Below, piece by piece: positions 37,271 through 47,260 of a DNA stretch of 64,000 nt (positions are counted from its first letter, which is position 1; each line of letters starts with the position of its first letter). A model generated the notes under the pieces. The model made no database searches and was not told the origin of the DNA. It saw only the letters and a list, made by a program, of their open reading frames with translations. This stretch comes from an uncultured delta proteobacterium (lineage in GTDB: Bacteria; Myxococcota_A; Polyangia; Fen-1088): the NCBI GenBank assembly GCA_963767925.1, contig CAVYGB010000008.1:2400001-2464000 (forward strand), in the 5' to 3' direction. A program made the position numbers and the translations under genes.

Positions 37271-39070
37271 TCAGCGCTTGTCGGAAGCCACCGCCGGCCA
37301 GGCCGACCCGAACTGGTAGTCCGGCTCGGGGCTGCTGGCCACCAGGTTCTCGCTGGCCCCGCCCAGGCGGCGCTCGCTCCCGCCCAGCATGTGTTGCTCG
37401 CTGGCGCCCTGAAAGCGCCACTCGCTGGCCCCCTGGAGCATGCGCTCGCTGGCGCCCTGAAAGCGCCACTCGCTGGCCCCCTGCCAGCGGCGTTCACTCG
37501 CCCCCCGCAGCAGCCACTCGCTGGCCCCCTGAAACCAGCGCTCGCTGGCCCCGAGGAAGCGGATCTCGCTGGCCCCGATGGCGAAGCGTTCGGAGGCGCC
37601 CAGCAGGCGCAGCTCGCTGCCGGCGCGGCCCCAGCGCTCGCTGGCCCCGCCCATCAGCTCGGAGCTGCCAGGGTAGAGCTCGCCCGGATGGCGGTTCACC
37701 TCACGCCAGCCGCTGCTGGTCCAGCTCCGGTAGACCTCCCAGCGCGCCATCACCTGCTGCTCGGCGTGAGCGCCCACGCCGCGGATGACGACCTGCCAGG
37801 GTCCCCAGACCACGTGGGTGCGCCCGTTGGTCCGGAAGGTGCGGGCGGTGCCGGCGTAGGTCTCGCGCACCAGCCCGGGCAGCTCGACCGGGTAGCTGAA
37901 GGGCCCGGCCGACCAGGAGACGACCTCCCGATCGCCCTCCCAGGACCAGCCGTAGGTCATCTCCGGATAGAGCTCGGTGATGCCCCCTTCCTCCCAGGCG
38001 ATCCGCTCCTGGGACTCGCCGCCCTCGAGCGACAGGCGCCCCTCCCACAGCCGCCGGCGAACCCCGGCGATGACATCCTGACCGAGGGTCGCCCAGTCCG
38101 GCTGGCCACCGCCGCCGCCCGGGCCCGCTGCGCCGCCGGGATGGACGGGACCACCCCCGATCGGGCCGGCCGACCCGCCGGAGACCTCCCCCGTCGTCAC
38201 CCGCACCGTCGTCCACTCCGGTTCGCTGAGGGGGACCGGCTCGCGCCGGGGAAACTCCACCCGGCCCGAGCGGGCGATCTTCGTGAAGTATCCCTCGTGG
38301 GACTTCATCCCGATGTCGATCACGACGTGGGAGGTGGGCTTGCCCACCTGGAAGAACCACTGCCGATCGTCGCGCTCGATCCGGCTGTCGAAGTAGCCGT
38401 GGGCGTTGGTCCCGTCGAACAGGCGGCCGGTGACGTCGTACACCCGCAGCGAGAGCCAGGCCTCGGCGCCGGCCGGGCCGAGCCCGGCGCGGGCGCGGGC
38501 CACCGCCTCGTCGGTCACCTCCCAGTAGGCGTAGAGCATCTCCGGATCGACGGGCAGCGCGCTCACCCGATCCCGCCCGTAGCTCCAGGGGATGTGGGCC
38601 TCGGCCAGGGCCCTGATCCGGGCCGGGTCGACGTCGGGCGCCTGACCCATGTCGAACTTGTGCGCAGCGGTGGGCGGAGTCTCCAGCGTCTCCTCGGCGG
38701 GCCGAAACGGCCCCATCGGCATCGGCACCGATCGCAGCACCGACCCGTTGTCGGACGCCATGCGCGCGGCCCGGGCCTTGCGCTCCACCGCCACCCGCGA
38801 GGCCGCCGCCGGCATCGATTCGGTGGTGCCGTTGGAGGCGATCGCGCCCATGCGTTCGAGCGTCTCCCACACCCGCGCCAGCAGCGCCTGCTTGTTGAGG
38901 CGGGAGACCTTCGTCAGCCCGAGCAGGCGCGCGATGTCGAGCAGCTCGCGCTGGGTGACCTTCCAGAGTCCACTTGGACGGAGGCCCGCGAGCGCAGCGC
39001 CGTCTGGCAATCCCAGCACTCTGGCCACGCCCAGCAGGACACCCTCGTTCTCGGGATTCGGCCCTGACAT
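37271..39070 (-). CDS. DUF4912 protein with N-terminal Rho_N-like helix pair and C-terminal GASE octapeptide repeats
   Basis: ELLDIARLLGLTKVSRLNKQALL; PWSYGRDRVSALPVDPEMLYAYWEV...LRVYDVT...WF...IARS (DUF4912); repeat tail; 10 nt upstream of the GH57 start. Confidence 0.85.
   Translation of the reverse strand: MSGPNPENEGVLLGVARVLGLPDGAALAGLRPSGLWKVTQRELLDIARLLGLTKVSRLNKQALLARVWETLERMGAIASNGTTESMPAAASRVAVERKARAARMASDNGSVLRSVPMPMGPFRPAEETLETPPTAAHKFDMGQAPDVDPARIRALAEAHIPWSYGRDRVSALPVDPEMLYAYWEVTDEAVARARAGLGPAGAEAWLSLRVYDVTGRLFDGTNAHGYFDSRIERDDRQWFFQVGKPTSHVVIDIGMKSHEGYFTKIARSGRVEFPRREPVPLSEPEWTTVRVTTGEVSGGSAGPIGGGPVHPGGAAGPGGGGGQPDWATLGQDVIAGVRRRLWEGRLSLEGGESQERIAWEEGGITELYPEMTYGWSWEGDREVVSWSAGPFSYPVELPGLVRETYAGTARTFRTNGRTHVVWGPWQVVIRGVGAHAEQQVMARWEVYRSWTSSGWREVNRHPGELYPGSSELMGGASERWGRAGSELRLLGASERFAIGASEIRFLGASERWFQGASEWLLRGASERRWQGASEWRFQGASERMLQGASEWRFQGASEQHMLGGSERRLGGASENLVASSPEPDYQFGSAWPAVASDKR
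37349..37669 (-). repeat. Coding 24-nt tandem repeat, 14 units, encoding x4-G(A/G/S)SE
   Basis: CTCGCTGGC(C/G)CC core or synonymous variant starts at 37349, 37373, 37397 ... 37637 (exact 24-nt period), plus 37658. Confidence 0.95.
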
Positions 39071-39193
39071 GCGGCCTACAATAGCTCCTTCCTGGAAAAG
39101 GTGCGTCGCTCGCACCCTCCAAATTCGGGGGCCAATCGAGGCCGTCTGTCCGCAGTGGACCGGGGGGCCGGGCGGAATATCCCGTATTTCAGG

Positions 39194-42100
39194 TCATACG
39201 CGCCGCTCGCCCATCTCGCGGAGGAAGTCGGCGGCGTCGCTCAGGCGCGGATCCTCCTGCAGGGCGCGCTTGGCGAAGATGACGGCCTTCGGCCGATCGC
39301 CCGTGCGCTGGGCGATCCGGGCCTGGCGCAGGTAGGCCATCGCCGGCGTGAGGCGCGCGTTCGCTGCGGGGGCCAGGGTCACCGCGCGCAGCGCTTTGAC
39401 CGCCAGGTCGATGTCGTTGGTCTCCTCGGCGAGATCGGCCAGCTCGGCGGCGACCGCCCCATCTTTCCGGTTTGTTTCGAACGCGCGTCGAAGCCACTCG
39501 AACCGGCTGGCCTGATCGCCCCGGGCCTGCGCGAGCTGGGCCATGCGGTGCTGCAGGCTCGCGAGCTCGGTGGACGAGAGATCGCGGGCCGCCTTCTTCA
39601 TGTGGGTCTGCAGGATCTCCTCGGCCTCGGCCAGGCGGCCGCCCGCCATGCAGACGTCGGCCAGCAACCAGGACAGCTCCCGATCGGTCGGCCGCAGCGC
39701 CACCGCCTGCTGGAGGGCGGCGGCGGCCCGGTCGAGGTCCCGCTCGCGCAGGAAGATCTCCCCCGCTTGCCGGAGGCTGCGGTACTGGACCTCGGGGTCG
39801 GCGTTGCGCTCGGCGGCCCACATCAGCAAGCTGGCCTGCTTGCGCCGGTCCTCGACCTTCTCGTAAAGGCCCAGCAGCTTCTCGAACAGCCAGGTCGAGC
39901 CGGGCTGCTGGCGCAGGGCCGACTCCAGCCCGGCGATGGCCGGCGCGGGTTGCCCCATCCGCTCGGACGCCTCGAGCAGCAGCTCGGCCGCCGAGATCTG
40001 CCCTTCGCCCTTCTCCGCTTCGATCAGGCGGAAGGTGCTCTCGACAACCGCGTCCCAGCGCCCGCCGGCCAGGTCGCGCGCCACCAGGGCGCGCAGGCTC
40101 TCCGAGTCCTCGGGGTGGCGGTAACACCAGTCGGCCAGCACCGCCCGCGCGTCCGCCTCCTCTCCACCCCGGATGAGGAAGTCGGCCAGGTGTCGCATGG
40201 CCCGGCGTTCGGCCGCCACGTCCCCCCGCTGCGCCGTGTTCGCCCGCCAGCGCTCCATGGCCGCGCGCAGGGCGGGTCTCAGCACCTCGCCACCGGCCCC
40301 GATGGCCGCCTCCCGATCCTGGACCGCCTTCTCGAACTGACCCTCCTTCTCGTACAGGTCGGCCCGGGTCTGCAGCAAGACCGCCCGCTGCGGGTCGTTC
40401 TCGGGCAGCTCGGCGATGGCCTGGGACAGCTCCTCGGCCGCCAGCCCGCCCTCCCCGACCGCGTCGAGGGACTGCACCAGGTCGGCCAGCAGGGCGGCGT
40501 CCTCGGGCGTGAAGCGGCGGGCCCGGCGCAGCAGCTCGGCGGCGTCGCGCGAGCGCCCCAGGTTGGCGCGACAAATCTCCGCCGCCTGCCGCAGCAGCCC
40601 CGCCCGTTCGCTGGGCCCCCCCCGGCGGTCCGACTCCTCGACGAGGGCCGAGGCCAGCCGATCCCAGGCGTGTCGCGCCCGGTAGAACTCGCACAGCTTG
40701 TCGAACACCTCGGGGCTGCCCCCGGCCCGCGCCACCCCCGTCTCCAGGGCTCGCTGCAGGCGCTCGTCGTCGCCCATGGCCTCCCAGAGGAGCCCGAGCT
40801 CGATGGCGATGCGCCCGGCCTCCGGCCCCGACTCGTTGCCGAGCAGGCGCTCGAGCACGACCGCCCGCTCGCGGGCGTCCTCCTGGGGGGCCAGCAGGCT
40901 GGCCAGCGCGCGCAGCACCTTGACGTCGTCGGGCGCGAGCAACAGGGCCTTGCGGTACACGTCCCGCGCCTCGCCCCTGGCCCCGGCGGCGAGGTGTCGA
41001 TCGCCGAGCCGGAGCGAGAGCGCCACCACCGCCCCGACGTCCCGCCGCCCCCGGGCGGCCTCGATCTCGCTCGCCAGGAGCTCGGTCAGCCCCGCCTCGT
41101 TGCCGCTAGCCTGATAGACGTCGGCCAGCAGCTCGATGGCCTCCTCCCGGGTGGGCTCGTCGAGCAGCACGTCGCGCAGGGTCTCCACCAGGGCCGGATC
41201 CTTACGATCCCGCGAGGCCAGGAAGCGCGCCCGCACCATGCGCACGGCGTTCCGCTCGGCCGGATCGAACAGCCGCTCGATGGTGGCGCGGGCGACCCGC
41301 TCGGTGCCGGCCACGTCCTGCAGGCCGATGTAGACCCGCAAGAGCGGCTCCCAGGAGCGCCGATCGGTCGGCTCCCGCTCCCAGAGCCGCTCGTAGACCC
41401 GCGCCGCCACCGCCGGCTCGACCCGGCCTTCCAGGGGCTGGCGGGCGATGTCCTGATAGATGCGCAGGGTGCGCACCGGATCGGCCAGCTCGCGGGCCTC
41501 CTCCAGGCAGGACACGGCCCCCGCGATGTCGCCCGAGACCCGCCGGGCCTCGGACAGCTCGAGCATGGCCCATTGCAGACCGTCGCGCTGGCCGGTCCCC
41601 CGCGCAAGATCGACCGCCCGCTCGAGCATGACCTGCGCTCGGCCGGTCTGCTCGCGGGCGGAAGCGAACTCGATCCCCTCCTTGACCTGCTCGAGCGTCG
41701 CGGTCGGCAGGGCCGCGCGCCGCTCGAAGAAGTCGAGCAACATCCCGTCGTCCTTCGAGGTGCGGGCCACGTGTTCGTAGAGCGGGAGCACGCGGGCCAG
41801 GTCGGCGTCGGCCACCTTGGCCTCGCGCACGATGGCGAAGGCCCGCTCGATGTCGCCCGACAGCTCGAGCGCCGAGGAGAGCGCCGCCAGCCCCTGCTCC
41901 AGGTTCTCGTTGCCCCCGAGCTGGACCTGGGCCAGGCGAAACAGCGCCTCCACCCGCATCTCGGCGGGGGCGCCCGGCTTGCCCAGCCGGGCCAGCAGCT
42001 TGATCGCCTTGGCCCGCTCGTCGCGGTCGCGGCGGGCCTCGGACAGGCCCACCAGGGCGTGGGCGGCGTGCACGGTGGCCACGCCCCCGTCGATCCCGAG

Positions 42101-45100
42101 GTGGGTCGCGCGCCCGTAGACCTCGGCGGCCGCCGCCGGGTCGCGGACCTCGTCGCGCAGCACCTCGCCGGCCTCGCACAGCCAGGCGGCGCAGAGACCA
42201 GCGTCGTCCGAGCGCCGCTTCTCCGAGACCAGCGCCGACAGCGCGCCGGCGTAGCGCTCCGAAGCGCCCACCTCACGCGCCAGGCGGCGCGCGGCCTGCC
42301 GGATCGCCGGGCTGGCCGGTGACTGGCCGAGCGCCGCCAGCGCCGTGTCGAGGGCCCGCCCCGCCTGCCCCTGCCCGGCGGCGATCTCGGCCTGCTCGAT
42401 GAGGATGCCGGCCTGCTCGTCGGGATCGGAGGTCGCCGCCAGCCGCTTCTCGAGGACCACGGCGTAGAGGTCGAGCGAGCCCTGCTCGCGCAGGATCTTG
42501 CCCAGGCGGCGGGCGGCCTCGGAGCTGCCGCTGGCCTCGGCGATGGCCGAGTCGAGCAGGTCCTGGGCCTTGTCGCTCTGGCCCCGGGCGAGGGCGATCT
42601 GGCGCAACCGCAGCAGCGCCTCGGTGGCCGAGAGGGTGGCCCCCTTGCCGCCCCGGCGGATCAGGAGCATCAGCGCCCGGAAGGCGCGCTCGGCCCGGTC
42701 GTATTCTCCGACCTCCTCGGCGACCGCCGCCAGGATCTCCAGGGTGGCGGCGTTGTCCATGTCCATCTCGGCGGCCTGCTCGAGGTGCTCGAGCGCCTCG
42801 GCCGGCCGGCTCTCGGCGCGCGCCACCCGGGCGACCCGCTGGTGCAGGAGGGCCCGCTCGCGCGAGCGGCGCCGCCCGCTCTCGTGGATGAGGCTCTCGA
42901 GGATGACCCGGGCCTGGGCGAGCTCGCCGGCCGCGAACAGCGCCTCGGCGTATTGCGAGCGGAGGCCGGCGTCCCCGGGAGCCAGCCCCACCGCCTTCTC
43001 CAGCGCGGCCAGGGCGGCGTGGGGCGCGGCCAGGCGACCGCTGGCGATCTCGGCCGCCTCACGGGCATAGCTCAGGGTGGTCTCGGCGTCGGAGGACTGG
43101 ACCGCCCCTTCGCCCAGCACGCGCACCAGGGGCTCCCAGGCCTCGCCGGCCCGGTGAAGCTCGATCAGCCGCTGCCGCACCTCGGTGGCCGCGGGGTCGT
43201 CGGCCAGGGCCCGCTCGAGGCAAGCCACCGCCCGCTGGCGCTTGTCGCCGCGCAGGTAGGCGCCGGCCAGCTCGATCCCGGCCTGGGTGCGGGCAGCGCC
43301 CTCGGCGGCGGCCTGCCAGCGCTCCAGCCAGGCGGCGGCCCGCAGCGGCTCGCCCTTGTCCAGCCAGAGCCGACCGAGAGACTCGAAGGTGGCGGGTCGG
43401 GGATCCAGCTCCGCCACCCGTTCGTAGGCCCGGATGGCCCGGTCCCGCTCGGACAGAGGCTGGACCAGCAGGCGCGCAATCCAGTCCCATAGCCGGCCGG
43501 CGGCGGGGCGGTCGCCCCGCTCCTCGACCCGGGTGGCCTGATCGGTGAGCAGGTCGACCAGCTCGCTGTGCCGGTGGCGCGACTCCAGCAGGCGGGCCAG
43601 CGTCTCGATGGTGGGCCAGTGGCCCGGCTGCTCCTCGAGGTTGGCCCGCAACACGTCGAGGCGGCCGCTGCGCTCCTCGAGCGCCGCCGCGATCTTGTCG
43701 AGATCGAGCCGCAGGGCCAGGCGGCGGTCGACCTCGAGGGTGCGGCCGAGCTCCTCCTGGCGGAGCGCGAGCAACTCGGGCAGGCGGCGCTCTTCTTCGT
43801 AGAGCGACCCCAGCCGGCCCAGGGCCTCGGCGTCCTGGACGTCGTCGTCGGCCATCTGCCGCAGCACCTGCATGGCCAGCCGCCGATCGCGAAGCTTGTC
43901 GAGGGCCAGCGCCGCCACCCGCGCGCGCAGGGTGCGGATGGCCGGCCGGGGCAAGGGCAAGCGGGCGGCGTCGAGCAGCAGCTCGACCGCGCGGGCCCAG
44001 GCGCTGCGGTCGGGGCGCCCGAGCTCGATGCGGGCCAGCTCCTCGGCGGCCCAGGCCGCGGCCTTGGCCGCGCCCAGCGCCCCCGAGGCGGCCTGGTCGG
44101 TCCGCAGCAGGCGGGTGGCCTGATCGAGCAGCCGCCCGAGGATCGTCCCGGCCAGCGGCTCGGCGGCCAGCGGCCCCAGGGCCAGGGTGGCCGCCTCCTC
44201 GAGCGGGTCGAGGTCGTTGGGGCTCAGGTCGGCCAGCGCCAGCAGCGTGTCGCAAAGGGCCCGGCTAGGCCTGGTCCGCTGGGCGGCGGCCAGCCGGCGG
44301 AGGATCGCCAGCTCGGAGGCGGCCAGCCCTTCGCCGGGGGCGCCCGCTTCCCGGGCCTCGCGCACCCGCCGGGCGTAGATCGCCGCCCGGGCCAGCGCGG
44401 CCTCGGCCCGCTGGGCGCCGGCTTCACCGCCCGCCGCCTCGCACTGGCGCGCCACCCAGGCCTCCAGATCGCGGGCCAGCGCCGGGTCGCCGCCCCGCTC
44501 ACTGCTGTGCAGGACGGTGGCCGCCGCCTCGGCGAGCCGGGCGTGGCCGCTGCTCTCGGCGGCCAGCCCCTCGAGCAGGGGGAGCAACGATCGCTCGAGC
44601 GGCTCGCGCGCCAGGTCGGCGGCCAGGGCGGTCTGGGTCGCCATCTCCCAGTCGCCGGCCCGCGCCGAGGACCGGACCAGCGCCTCGCGCAGCTCCAGCC
44701 GCGAAGCATCGCGCACGAAGGCGGCCCGGTAGGCCTCCTGAGCCTGGGCCGCCTCTCCCCGCGCCTCGAAGAGCTGCCCTTCCTGGTAGCGCAGGCGGCT
44801 GGCCCGGGCCGGATCGGTGGTGGCCTGGGCCGCCGCCCGGAAGGCCTCCACCACCAGCGACGACTCCCGCGTCCAGCTCGCCAGGCGGATGATCTCCCGC
44901 TCGATCGACCCGTCCTCGGGGGCGAGGGGCAGCGCCCGGGCGAAGAGGGCCAGCGCGGTCGCCGGATCCTCGCCCTTGCGCTCGGAGAGGTTGGCCGCCT
45001 CGCACAGCAGGCGCACCCGGGTCGCGTCGTCGGCCGCGCCCAGCACCCGCACCTCGCACAGGGCGACCAGGTCGCGCCAGTGGTTCCCGACCTGGTAGGC

Positions 45101-47059
45101 CCGGGCCAGCGCCTCGGCGGCGGACGAGCGGCTGCTCTCGAGCTCGAGCAAGGCCCGGGCCCCGCTGGCGGCGCCGGCGTGCGCCGGGTTCACCTCGAGG
45201 GCCCGGGCGTAGTAGCCCGCCGCCTTCGAGGGATCGGCCAGCTTCTCCCGGCAGACGTCGCCCAGGCGGCAATACAGGCCCGCCAGGCGGCCGCTGTCGG
45301 TCTCCCCCGCCCGGGTGAGCAGCCCGGCCAGCTCACCCCAGCGCCCGGCCAGGGCGTAGAGCTCGCCGAGCGCGCTCACCGTCTCCGGATCTTCGCCGAA
45401 GGTCTTTTGCAGCTCGGTCCAGGTGTCGATGGCGGCCGGGAGCTGGCCGAGCTCGGCCGCCTGGACGCGCGCCATGCGCATGAGGTCGGCGCGGATGCCC
45501 TCGGGCGAGGGCGACACCGCGATCCGGCGCCGGAGCGCCGCCACCAGGGCCTCCCACTCGCGGGCCCGCTCGAACAGCCCGACGAGCCCGTCGATGGCAC
45601 CCCGGTCGGCGCCGTCGAGCTCGACCAGCTTGACCCAGGCCGACGCCGCCCGCGGCACCTCGCGGCCCTCCTCGGCCAGGCGGGCTACCTCGACGAGGAC
45701 GGCCTTGCGCTCGGGGCTGCGCGGGGCGGTGCCGCCGAGGGTCTCCGAGAGGCTCTCGAGCACGGCGAGCCGCTCGCCGGGCGGCTCTTCGGCCTCGGGG
45801 AGAGCCTGCAAGAGCTCGGCGAGCTTGCGGGAGGCGATGAGGCGGGTGGCCCCCTCGGCCGCGACCTCGGCGTGGGCCCGCCGGTAGTAGGCCAGGGCGC
45901 CCCGGCGATCGTTGAGCGCCTCCTCGTGGATGCGCGCCGCCTCCAGCCAGAGCTCGATCCGGCGGGTGACGTTTTCGGTGGCGGCGGCCGCGGCGTCCAG
46001 ACCACGCACGTAGGGCCGCGGATCGCCTTCCAGCTCGGCCAGGTGGCGCAGCCGCTCGGCCACGCCGTCGTCGGCGGGCTCGAGACCCGACAGCAGGATG
46101 AGCTGCTCCATGGCGCCGGCCCGATCGCCAGCCGCGGCCAGCCGCTCGGCGATCTCCCGGTGCAGGGCCGCGCGCTCGGGGGGCGGCACGAACTCGAGCG
46201 CCACCAGCAGCGCGGGGATCACCTTGAGGCCCCGCCCGCTCGCCTCGTAGCGGGCCTTCAACAAGTAGAGCGCGCGGCCGCGCACGGCGACCGGCGCCTC
46301 CCCCAGCCGCAAGATCCGCTCGACCAGATCGCAGGCCGCCTCGTCGTCGTCGCCGGCGGCCAGGACCGGCTCCAGCTCGGCCAGGGCAGCGGCCGGATCG
46401 CCCAGCCGCTCGAGGGCCACGGTAGCAGCCCGGACGTGCAGCGCGCGCGCCTCGCCGGGCGCCAGCGCCGACATGCGCCCGGCCCACAGCCCCCCGAGCT
46501 CGCGGAAGCGGCCCTGGCGCTCGAGCAGACGCTCGAGCTGGGTGGCGAGGTGGGTGTCGCCGGGAGACAGGCGGTGCCGCTCCAGGAGGTAACCGATGGC
46601 CCGGTCGGTGTCGCCGGCGAAGTCCCTGGCGACGTGGGCCGCCTCCTCGAGCACCTCGCGCCGGTGGCCGACGTCCTCGATGGCGGCCAGCGCGCGATCG
46701 TACATCGCGAGCAGGTCGGCCCAGCGCTCCTTGACGGTGTAGAGCACCGAGAGGCGGCGCAGGGCCCAGCCCGTGCCGGGATCGATCTCCAGGATGCGGG
46801 TGAGGATGTCGGCCAGCTCGTCGGCCTGGGCGCCGAACCACTCCTCGTGGAACCGGACCGCCCGCTGCCCGAGCAGGGTGGCCAGCTCGGGGCCGCCGTC
46901 GCGCAGGACCGCGCGGTAGAGCGCGGCCACCTCGTCGGGCCGCTGCGCCGATGCTGCCAGCTCCTCGATCCTGATCCAGAGCCCTTCTCGTTCCGGGTTG
47001 GCCTGGGCCTGCTTGAGGGCCTCGGCGAGCTCCGCCCTGTTCTCTTTCTTCGCGCTCAT
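39194..47059 (-). CDS. Giant TPR-repeat protein (~2620 aa), resembling myxobacterial AgmK-like gliding-motility proteins
   Basis: Uninterrupted 7.9-kb ORF of Ala/Leu/Glu/Arg-rich helical repeats (e.g. ALRRLSVLYTVKERWADL, AAGYYARALEVNP); ATG 47059 (MSAKKEN). Confidence 0.85.
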   Translation of the reverse strand: MSAKKENRAELAEALKQAQANPEREGLWIRIEELAASAQRPDEVAALYRAVLRDGGPELATLLGQRAVRFHEEWFGAQADELADILTRILEIDPGTGWALRRLSVLYTVKERWADLLAMYDRALAAIEDVGHRREVLEEAAHVARDFAGDTDRAIGYLLERHRLSPGDTHLATQLERLLERQGRFRELGGLWAGRMSALAPGEARALHVRAATVALERLGDPAAALAELEPVLAAGDDDEAACDLVERILRLGEAPVAVRGRALYLLKARYEASGRGLKVIPALLVALEFVPPPERAALHREIAERLAAAGDRAGAMEQLILLSGLEPADDGVAERLRHLAELEGDPRPYVRGLDAAAAATENVTRRIELWLEAARIHEEALNDRRGALAYYRRAHAEVAAEGATRLIASRKLAELLQALPEAEEPPGERLAVLESLSETLGGTAPRSPERKAVLVEVARLAEEGREVPRAASAWVKLVELDGADRGAIDGLVGLFERAREWEALVAALRRRIAVSPSPEGIRADLMRMARVQAAELGQLPAAIDTWTELQKTFGEDPETVSALGELYALAGRWGELAGLLTRAGETDSGRLAGLYCRLGDVCREKLADPSKAAGYYARALEVNPAHAGAASGARALLELESSRSSAAEALARAYQVGNHWRDLVALCEVRVLGAADDATRVRLLCEAANLSERKGEDPATALALFARALPLAPEDGSIEREIIRLASWTRESSLVVEAFRAAAQATTDPARASRLRYQEGQLFEARGEAAQAQEAYRAAFVRDASRLELREALVRSSARAGDWEMATQTALAADLAREPLERSLLPLLEGLAAESSGHARLAEAAATVLHSSERGGDPALARDLEAWVARQCEAAGGEAGAQRAEAALARAAIYARRVREAREAGAPGEGLAASELAILRRLAAAQRTRPSRALCDTLLALADLSPNDLDPLEEAATLALGPLAAEPLAGTILGRLLDQATRLLRTDQAASGALGAAKAAAWAAEELARIELGRPDRSAWARAVELLLDAARLPLPRPAIRTLRARVAALALDKLRDRRLAMQVLRQMADDDVQDAEALGRLGSLYEEERRLPELLALRQEELGRTLEVDRRLALRLDLDKIAAALEERSGRLDVLRANLEEQPGHWPTIETLARLLESRHRHSELVDLLTDQATRVEERGDRPAAGRLWDWIARLLVQPLSERDRAIRAYERVAELDPRPATFESLGRLWLDKGEPLRAAAWLERWQAAAEGAARTQAGIELAGAYLRGDKRQRAVACLERALADDPAATEVRQRLIELHRAGEAWEPLVRVLGEGAVQSSDAETTLSYAREAAEIASGRLAAPHAALAALEKAVGLAPGDAGLRSQYAEALFAAGELAQARVILESLIHESGRRRSRERALLHQRVARVARAESRPAEALEHLEQAAEMDMDNAATLEILAAVAEEVGEYDRAERAFRALMLLIRRGGKGATLSATEALLRLRQIALARGQSDKAQDLLDSAIAEASGSSEAARRLGKILREQGSLDLYAVVLEKRLAATSDPDEQAGILIEQAEIAAGQGQAGRALDTALAALGQSPASPAIRQAARRLAREVGASERYAGALSALVSEKRRSDDAGLCAAWLCEAGEVLRDEVRDPAAAAEVYGRATHLGIDGGVATVHAAHALVGLSEARRDRDERAKAIKLLARLGKPGAPAEMRVEALFRLAQVQLGGNENLEQGLAALSSALELSGDIERAFAIVREAKVADADLARVLPLYEHVARTSKDDGMLLDFFERRAALPTATLEQVKEGIEFASAREQTGRAQVMLERAVDLARGTGQRDGLQWAMLELSEARRVSGDIAGAVSCLEEARELADPVRTLRIYQDIARQPLEGRVEPAVAARVYERLWEREPTDRRSWEPLLRVYIGLQDVAGTERVARATIERLFDPAERNAVRMVRARFLASRDRKDPALVETLRDVLLDEPTREEAIELLADVYQASGNEAGLTELLASEIEAARGRRDVGAVVALSLRLGDRHLAAGARGEARDVYRKALLLAPDDVKVLRALASLLAPQEDARERAVVLERLLGNESGPEAGRIAIELGLLWEAMGDDERLQRALETGVARAGGSPEVFDKLCEFYRARHAWDRLASALVEESDRRGGPSERAGLLRQAAEICRANLGRSRDAAELLRRARRFTPEDAALLADLVQSLDAVGEGGLAAEELSQAIAELPENDPQRAVLLQTRADLYEKEGQFEKAVQDREAAIGAGGEVLRPALRAAMERWRANTAQRGDVAAERRAMRHLADFLIRGGEEADARAVLADWCYRHPEDSESLRALVARDLAGGRWDAVVESTFRLIEAEKGEGQISAAELLLEASERMGQPAPAIAGLESALRQQPGSTWLFEKLLGLYEKVEDRRKQASLLMWAAERNADPEVQYRSLRQAGEIFLRERDLDRAAAALQQAVALRPTDRELSWLLADVCMAGGRLAEAEEILQTHMKKAARDLSSTELASLQHRMAQLAQARGDQASRFEWLRRAFETNRKDGAVAAELADLAEETNDIDLAVKALRAVTLAPAANARLTPAMAYLRQARIAQRTGDRPKAVIFAKRALQEDPRLSDAADFLREMGERRV

Positions 47060-47260
47060 GGTCGGTGTTCCTTGTCCGAGACCAGGTCCGGGACGGTACC
47101 CATGGGCCTGACGGCAGCCGCGCACGTCAGGGCTCGTTCGATCATACGCCGGCTGGCCTCACGCGCGGCTATGTTTCGGCCAGTCCGGCAAGCCTACATC
47201 TGAGCCAACATGAGTGAGCGAGACGGGTGAGCTTCGGGCACCGGCGCGCCGAGCGCGCGT

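Noticed and set aside
37349..37669. CRISPR-like or mini-array of 12-nt repeat plus 12-nt spacer
   Set aside because: Period is a multiple of 3, lies in frame inside a CDS, varies synonymously, units are far too short, and no cas genes are present
39101..47203. Long plus-strand ORFs (1073 aa and 1211 aa) antisense to the TPR gene
   Set aside because: Shadow ORFs expected from high GC and codon bias; no protein-like motifs. The same applies to most other overlapping ORFs in the track
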